From: Trichoplax adhaerens
Taxonomy: Eukaryota > Animalia > Placozoa
DNA: 64,000 bases
Assembly: GCF_000150275.1 (NCBI RefSeq)
Contig: NW_002060947.1
Coordinates: forward strand, 7,983,880-8,047,879
Direction: 5' to 3'
Part shown: positions 59,074 to 64,000 of the stretch, piece after piece
Layout of the letters: every line of letters begins with the position of its first letter
Position numbering within the stretch: position 1 is the first letter of the stretch
Program-made: the position numbers and the translations under genes
Notes under the pieces: generated by a model
Database searches by the model: none
What the model was told of the DNA's origin: nothing
Seen by the model: only the letters and a program-made list of their open reading frames with translations

Positions 59074-61932
59074 ATGGCTACCGAAAATCCTCTCGAAAAC
59101 CACCTTGAAAAGCCTGCAATTCATTTAATTTTTAAATCAGCAAAAATCGATAACGTTCGTGCGGACGAAAATGCTGAAAAATTTATCAGTAATCTTATTC
59201 AAAAGTATAATGAAGACAAGAAAAATATATACAAACGGGTAAGTTTACACACATCTCGTTGGAAGACTAAGTGGCATGACGAAATTCATATGGAAATTTA
59301 CTATTGTAAGACTAGTTTGGATAAATCAAATTCTATCGCTCTTGTTAAAAAGCTTTCTAATAAAGATTATACTGAAGAGTTTCAGGAACGCCGGGTCCAG
59401 TTTGCTTATTTTCTCTATTTCGAGACTAAAGGGTCAAACGAAAATAATTCAGAAACGAGATGGAATATTTTTGCTTTGACCACCCGATATGCGTTTCATC
59501 TCGTTCGTCCTTATTGCGATTACTATTTTCGTACCAAGATTGCTTATAGATTGGTTGATCCCAAATTTTATAAAGTAGAATCCAAACGATTAATTGGAGC
59601 TAAAGAAGGTGATATTAGTATGTATAGAAAGCCCTTTAACTTACGGCTCAATAGTTACTTTAGTTTGTGGATTTTGTATAAGAATTTTGATGGGACTGTT
59701 AAGCGAGGAAGTTCCCTTCATCGTGTCTTAGACCTTCCTGAAAATGAAAAGATTCATCTTCATGTTGGTGTGGGAATGGTCCGTATTGGAAGGGAGCTTA
59801 CACTTGCACAATACCTAGAAAATGTTCTTCCGCTTTTATTCCAAATCAGTCAGGGTGGGAGTACCGAAAAACTTGACGGAACCTGTGAAACAAACGATTC
59901 GGCTTTTGAGGTCTTTTCTAATATTCGTCGAATAAATGCGTCTGAGAAGCAAGAATTAGACCGCCACCTCATTGGAATGATCTGGGAAGCTGTTAAATCG
60001 GATTCCGTTTCTTCCATTCCCTTCTTATATCTATCCCATCGGCTTTACCATCAGTATTATGCATCTACACGTTTAAAACTTCAATTTAAACCCCCTGATA
60101 ATATTAGCAATCAGATTTGTAAGCGAATGTTCAAGTGTTATTGGGAATATCGCCCCACTTTAGAAGAACTCATCAAACAGCTTCGACATTGGAACCTGGA
60201 TAAAATTTCCGTAAAAGATTTTGAAATTGCTATCTGTTCTGTTTCCGTCAGCACTGATACTATACGACGTAAATGCCCTCTTCTTCAGTATATTCAAGGA
60301 CAAGCCCCTTTTCAGGGAAATATATACTATCGTATGGAAGGGTCCTGGCTAGAAGCTTCCAATCAACATTTAGCGGCAACTGAAAGAAGTTTTCTTAAAA
60401 TTTTAGATAATTGTTTGGCGACCGAAAACAATAAGAAGGGGCATCTCCTACCTTACCCTTGGATTTCAAAAGAAAAATGGGTTTCTTTTTCTTTTCTTGA
60501 CGTCCCTGAAGGAATTTCACGAAAGGACTTTGAATATGCTATTATTGATCTGACAAATATAGAAACAGCAATCATTGACGACAAAAAAGTAGTTCGGATG
60601 GCCTATCCTGTCCGAGCTTTACTCGACAATCAAACACAATCTACTTGTAAAAAATTAAAGAAACGATGGGAAGAGCTACGTGCATGGTTAAACGAATACC
60701 TTGATCAAAATGTCGAAGTCTCTACCTTAGAAACAGTATTTGAAGATGACACTGATAAATTTTTTAAATTACTTCAAAAACCTTTCCATATACTCGATCG
60801 TAATGAATCTGAAAAAGAGGAAAGAATCGCTCCAATTACAAATGATGGAATAGTTCAATATTCCGAATTATCAAAACTGGCTTTTTCAACGGCAGCACCG
60901 GAAACTATAAAGAAAAATATTGAAGATCTTTCAAAATTTCTTTCAGAAAATGAAAAAGTCACAAAGGATGACCTTGAAAAGGTAATTCCAAATATAAGAT
61001 ATCGAAATGTTGCCTACAAGTGGCTCCAAAGAAAGCATGAATTGTCCAAAAATGCCCCTAGCCGTTACCGATACCTCATGCGAGGGCCTGTTCCTGAAGA
61101 GCTATTAACGAAAGATAATGAGAAGGCTTTAAGAGCCTTTTTAGAAGACTGTCACCAAAAATATAGCCAAGTGATGGATGAAGAGCAATATAACCGCTGT
61201 TACCTTAATCATCCAGATTATTTAGTCTTCGATCAAATTTTCCCGGGAGGACGAGAACAAATAGAGCTTTTTGATCTCCTGTACAAAGGAGATGATGAAG
61301 AACTTCCGTACGCAGTTAAAGAAGAGTTTGGTAATAGCACTGGAATTGCCTGTAATCAAATTCGTGTCGCTATGAAAGCTTTAACTTCAGCTATCCAGAA
61401 TTCCGGGCATCAACTCTTGCATAATCTTTATAACAAAGTTGTGAATACTGAACCAAAAAGTGACTTTCGTGTCCGAGCAAAAGAGCGTCTTGAAGAAATG
61501 ACAGCTGAAGATTTTGTCAATCTTTTTATCGAACGGAAGATAGTTTTTGTGTATGCTTTTCTTGATACTAACGATGCCGATCGTCGTATGGAAAGCGATT
61601 TGGAACTTATCCAAGAGGTCACAGAGGAAGTGCTACAAAAAGCAGATATAGATAAACCTCAACAGGTTCTTCAAGATCTTCAAGTAAAGGGCTACCTTGA
61701 TGAAACGTCTAAGCTGACAGATAAATTTCTCAGGGAAAAGGAAGAAGACTTTAAAGGTACAATAAATGTCCCAGGGCTGTATAAAATATTAATGCGAAAC
61801 TGTTCCCTTTATAAATCTCTGATTGGAAAACTGGAAATCATTGAACTTTTTCATAGCTTTAAAAAGACAGAGTTTGAATTTCAGATTCAACAGCTTGATC
61901 GCCCTGGAAAGGTTGTAAAACGCGACATTTAG
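59074..61932 (+). CDS. Intronless 952-aa protein resembling the bacterial TIGR04141/DUF6119 family (putative PD-(D/E)xK-type nuclease C-terminus)
   Basis: Single uninterrupted 2859-bp ORF. The motif order IFALT, YYRMEGSW, LPYPW, EEQYN...YLVFD...IELFDLL...AVK...ACNQIRVA...IVFVYA recalls that family. The assignment is from remembered motifs, not from a search. Confidence 0.75.
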   Translation: MATENPLENHLEKPAIHLIFKSAKIDNVRADENAEKFISNLIQKYNEDKKNIYKRVSLHTSRWKTKWHDEIHMEIYYCKTSLDKSNSIALVKKLSNKDYTEEFQERRVQFAYFLYFETKGSNENNSETRWNIFALTTRYAFHLVRPYCDYYFRTKIAYRLVDPKFYKVESKRLIGAKEGDISMYRKPFNLRLNSYFSLWILYKNFDGTVKRGSSLHRVLDLPENEKIHLHVGVGMVRIGRELTLAQYLENVLPLLFQISQGGSTEKLDGTCETNDSAFEVFSNIRRINASEKQELDRHLIGMIWEAVKSDSVSSIPFLYLSHRLYHQYYASTRLKLQFKPPDNISNQICKRMFKCYWEYRPTLEELIKQLRHWNLDKISVKDFEIAICSVSVSTDTIRRKCPLLQYIQGQAPFQGNIYYRMEGSWLEASNQHLAATERSFLKILDNCLATENNKKGHLLPYPWISKEKWVSFSFLDVPEGISRKDFEYAIIDLTNIETAIIDDKKVVRMAYPVRALLDNQTQSTCKKLKKRWEELRAWLNEYLDQNVEVSTLETVFEDDTDKFFKLLQKPFHILDRNESEKEERIAPITNDGIVQYSELSKLAFSTAAPETIKKNIEDLSKFLSENEKVTKDDLEKVIPNIRYRNVAYKWLQRKHELSKNAPSRYRYLMRGPVPEELLTKDNEKALRAFLEDCHQKYSQVMDEEQYNRCYLNHPDYLVFDQIFPGGREQIELFDLLYKGDDEELPYAVKEEFGNSTGIACNQIRVAMKALTSAIQNSGHQLLHNLYNKVVNTEPKSDFRVRAKERLEEMTAEDFVNLFIERKIVFVYAFLDTNDADRRMESDLELIQEVTEEVLQKADIDKPQQVLQDLQVKGYLDETSKLTDKFLREKEEDFKGTINVPGLYKILMRNCSLYKSLIGKLEIIELFHSFKKTEFEFQIQQLDRPGKVVKRDI

Positions 61933-64000
61933 AAAGAATTCCTTAAGATTTTCCCCGAAGCAAAAAACGACAGAAATAACGTTTTTTTAAATGCTACTCT
62001 CCGGTTCAACCGTCGTAAAAATATTTCTTTACTATTTTAAATTATTTCAAGCTCTAAGAATGTGCAATGAAGGTTAATTTTTAGAATATTCCTTCAAGTT
62101 CTTGTATTATAATTATTTTAGCTTAGTTTTTGTATCATGATAAGTATTCTAGCTTTAAAAAAAGTATAATTTATTCGGTTGATTGCAAAGGTAGATTTTA
62201 CTTAGTATCTTAGTATATTGTAAACCCGACTGCTTTATTCGGACTAGAAGTTAAGATAATCCGTAGCATAATTTTTGTTAACAATCAGATAATATAATTT
62301 TGTAATTTAAGCGATGCATTTAGTTAATAGAATATATGTGTGTTAATTTTGATCATTAATTACAGTAGAAGTTAATGTTACTTTGTAATTTCATACAGTA
62401 TGAACCCAAAACATTTGATCTGGAATTGTTATTTTGTCTTAGTGTATACTGTAGAAATGTATAGTTTCAAGCTAAACTATACTTAGTATTAATTCAGTAG
62501 TTTTCGGGAATCTAGGGTATAATTTATCTTATCATGTATGTTTGATTGCTAGTTTAATTTGGAGTGCTTAGGAATGATAGTTGGATAGTCTAACACCACC
62601 AATTGCTCTACGTAGCATATAAAAGGTGGCGTAGTTCGGTAATTGAGAGTAATTGAAGTTAGAGAAGACGAGAAAAGTGCAGGATGATCGTGAGTTACCT
62701 CACTAATTGATAGTTTGGTTGGTTGGTTGGGGCAGTAGCTCTGCCCCATTTTGTTATCCATAGAAGTTTTGCTAAGATTGTTGTTAAAGCTATAATTAAG
62801 TGGTGTTCTTCCCCTAATTTGTTTTGTTAGGACTTCAGTTGTTGGTAGTTTAATTTAATATAGAAAGTTTTATTATTTTTGAATCTAATGCTACTAATGG
62901 ATTAACATAACGCGAGAAACTTTGGCAATCACTTCCCTTTATAGCCTTCGAAAAGGCTTTATTTCAAGATTTTGCCCTTCAGCATATATTAGATGCTGCA
63001 CATTTTATTCTTTCTTGCAAATATAATTACTATAAGATCCTCGCATTGATTATGTAAGATATAGATGTTGACATAGATAACATAATCATTAATGACATAA
63101 TTTTTTAGCGTCGCCTGGTCAAGAATTTGAATGATATTTCAACAGAGGGCTTAAGGTGACGATTAAAAGCTAAACTATGTTTTTACTTTTAAATTTATGA
63201 AAATTTATCAGGTTAACATACGTCTATGCGCGTTTGCTCTTAGAGGAGTATGTTGCGGCTTAAGTAGAGGGTTCATCTCTTCATATTTAGAGGTAAACGA
63301 ATAGCTCCGTTAGCAGTACAGCGTTGATAATATAGTTTATAGCGTTTTTATTACGAATCTATACGAGAATGTGTAGCAGTTTCGGCTAATTACAGTAGTA
63401 ATGGAAGTACGCTGGCATTAAGAAGTAGAATAGTCGACTATGCTTATAATGTAATTTCATTATTGCTCATGATGAAATAGTGGAGTTATACTATTGGTAC
63501 TATGCATGCATAAGGTCATAAGAGACAGCTATATAAGGTGATATTTTTGTGTAATGTCTTAATCTAACTGTTAGATAATATTGAATTGTTATCGAGGAGA
63601 TTAAGCCAATTATCCGGTTTATCTTAGCCACTTTCTGCTGTCATTATGAGTGTAGAAAAGTGGATTCTTCTCTTGTCAAGCTATCTATAGCATTAATAAA
63701 CGATACATTTAAGGTTAAACAAGGTGTACCTAATCTTGTGTCACGTTAGAGATTTACTCAATTTTAATAACTCAGATTTTGAGATAGGCATTTACGAACC
63801 TAATATGAAGATTTAACATCACTCAAGATGTAACTAATAATAACCATCTAACGTTTAAGGTTATTGTCTGCCAAAAGTCAGACACATAACAATCATTAAT
63901 GATCAATATGTTTGATCATACAACTCTGACTGTAACTTAATTCTAAACTAGAACGAGGAACAGAGCTTAGTAACAGCTAGGTACTTTAATAAATAACTAT

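Noticed and set aside
59276-61622. Small alternative-frame and antisense ORFs inside the 952-aa ORF
   Set aside because: Short shadow ORFs with no independent motifs.
59030-62020. Interpreting the intronless ORF region as plain bacterial contamination
   Set aside because: There is no Shine-Dalgarno sequence and no adjacent bacterial ORF, and the flanks are long AT-rich non-coding DNA sharing a repeat motif with the P450 region. Read-level confirmation is still needed.
62549-62813. Possible minus-strand exon (…MDNKMGQSYCPNQPTKLSISE|gt)
   Set aside because: It has splice-like boundaries but no recognisable homology and no supportable partner exons.

Overview
Eukaryotic, AT-rich, intron-dense DNA from a compact animal genome. 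Short GT-AG introns and a metazoan gene set are consistent with a placozoan such as Trichoplax, but that is an inference. In order, the window holds: a USP19-like deubiquitinase (+), a synaptogyrin-like MARVEL gene (-), a mitochondrial-clan cytochrome P450 (+), an unidentified large multi-exon gene (+), a USP16/USP45-like deubiquitinase (-), DONSON (+), and a tandem array of three more mitochondrial-clan P450s, the middle one frameshifted. It ends with a 952-codon intronless ORF whose motifs resemble the bacterial TIGR04141/DUF6119 nuclease-like family, making it a candidate horizontally acquired gene and the most unusual item here. Also visible are two U12 (minor spliceosome) introns, several 170-290 bp tandem arrays near gene 5' ends, and a Helitron-like 3' terminus with a decayed copy just upstream of the intronless ORF. 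Gene models were assembled by eye, so some 5' ends are uncertain.
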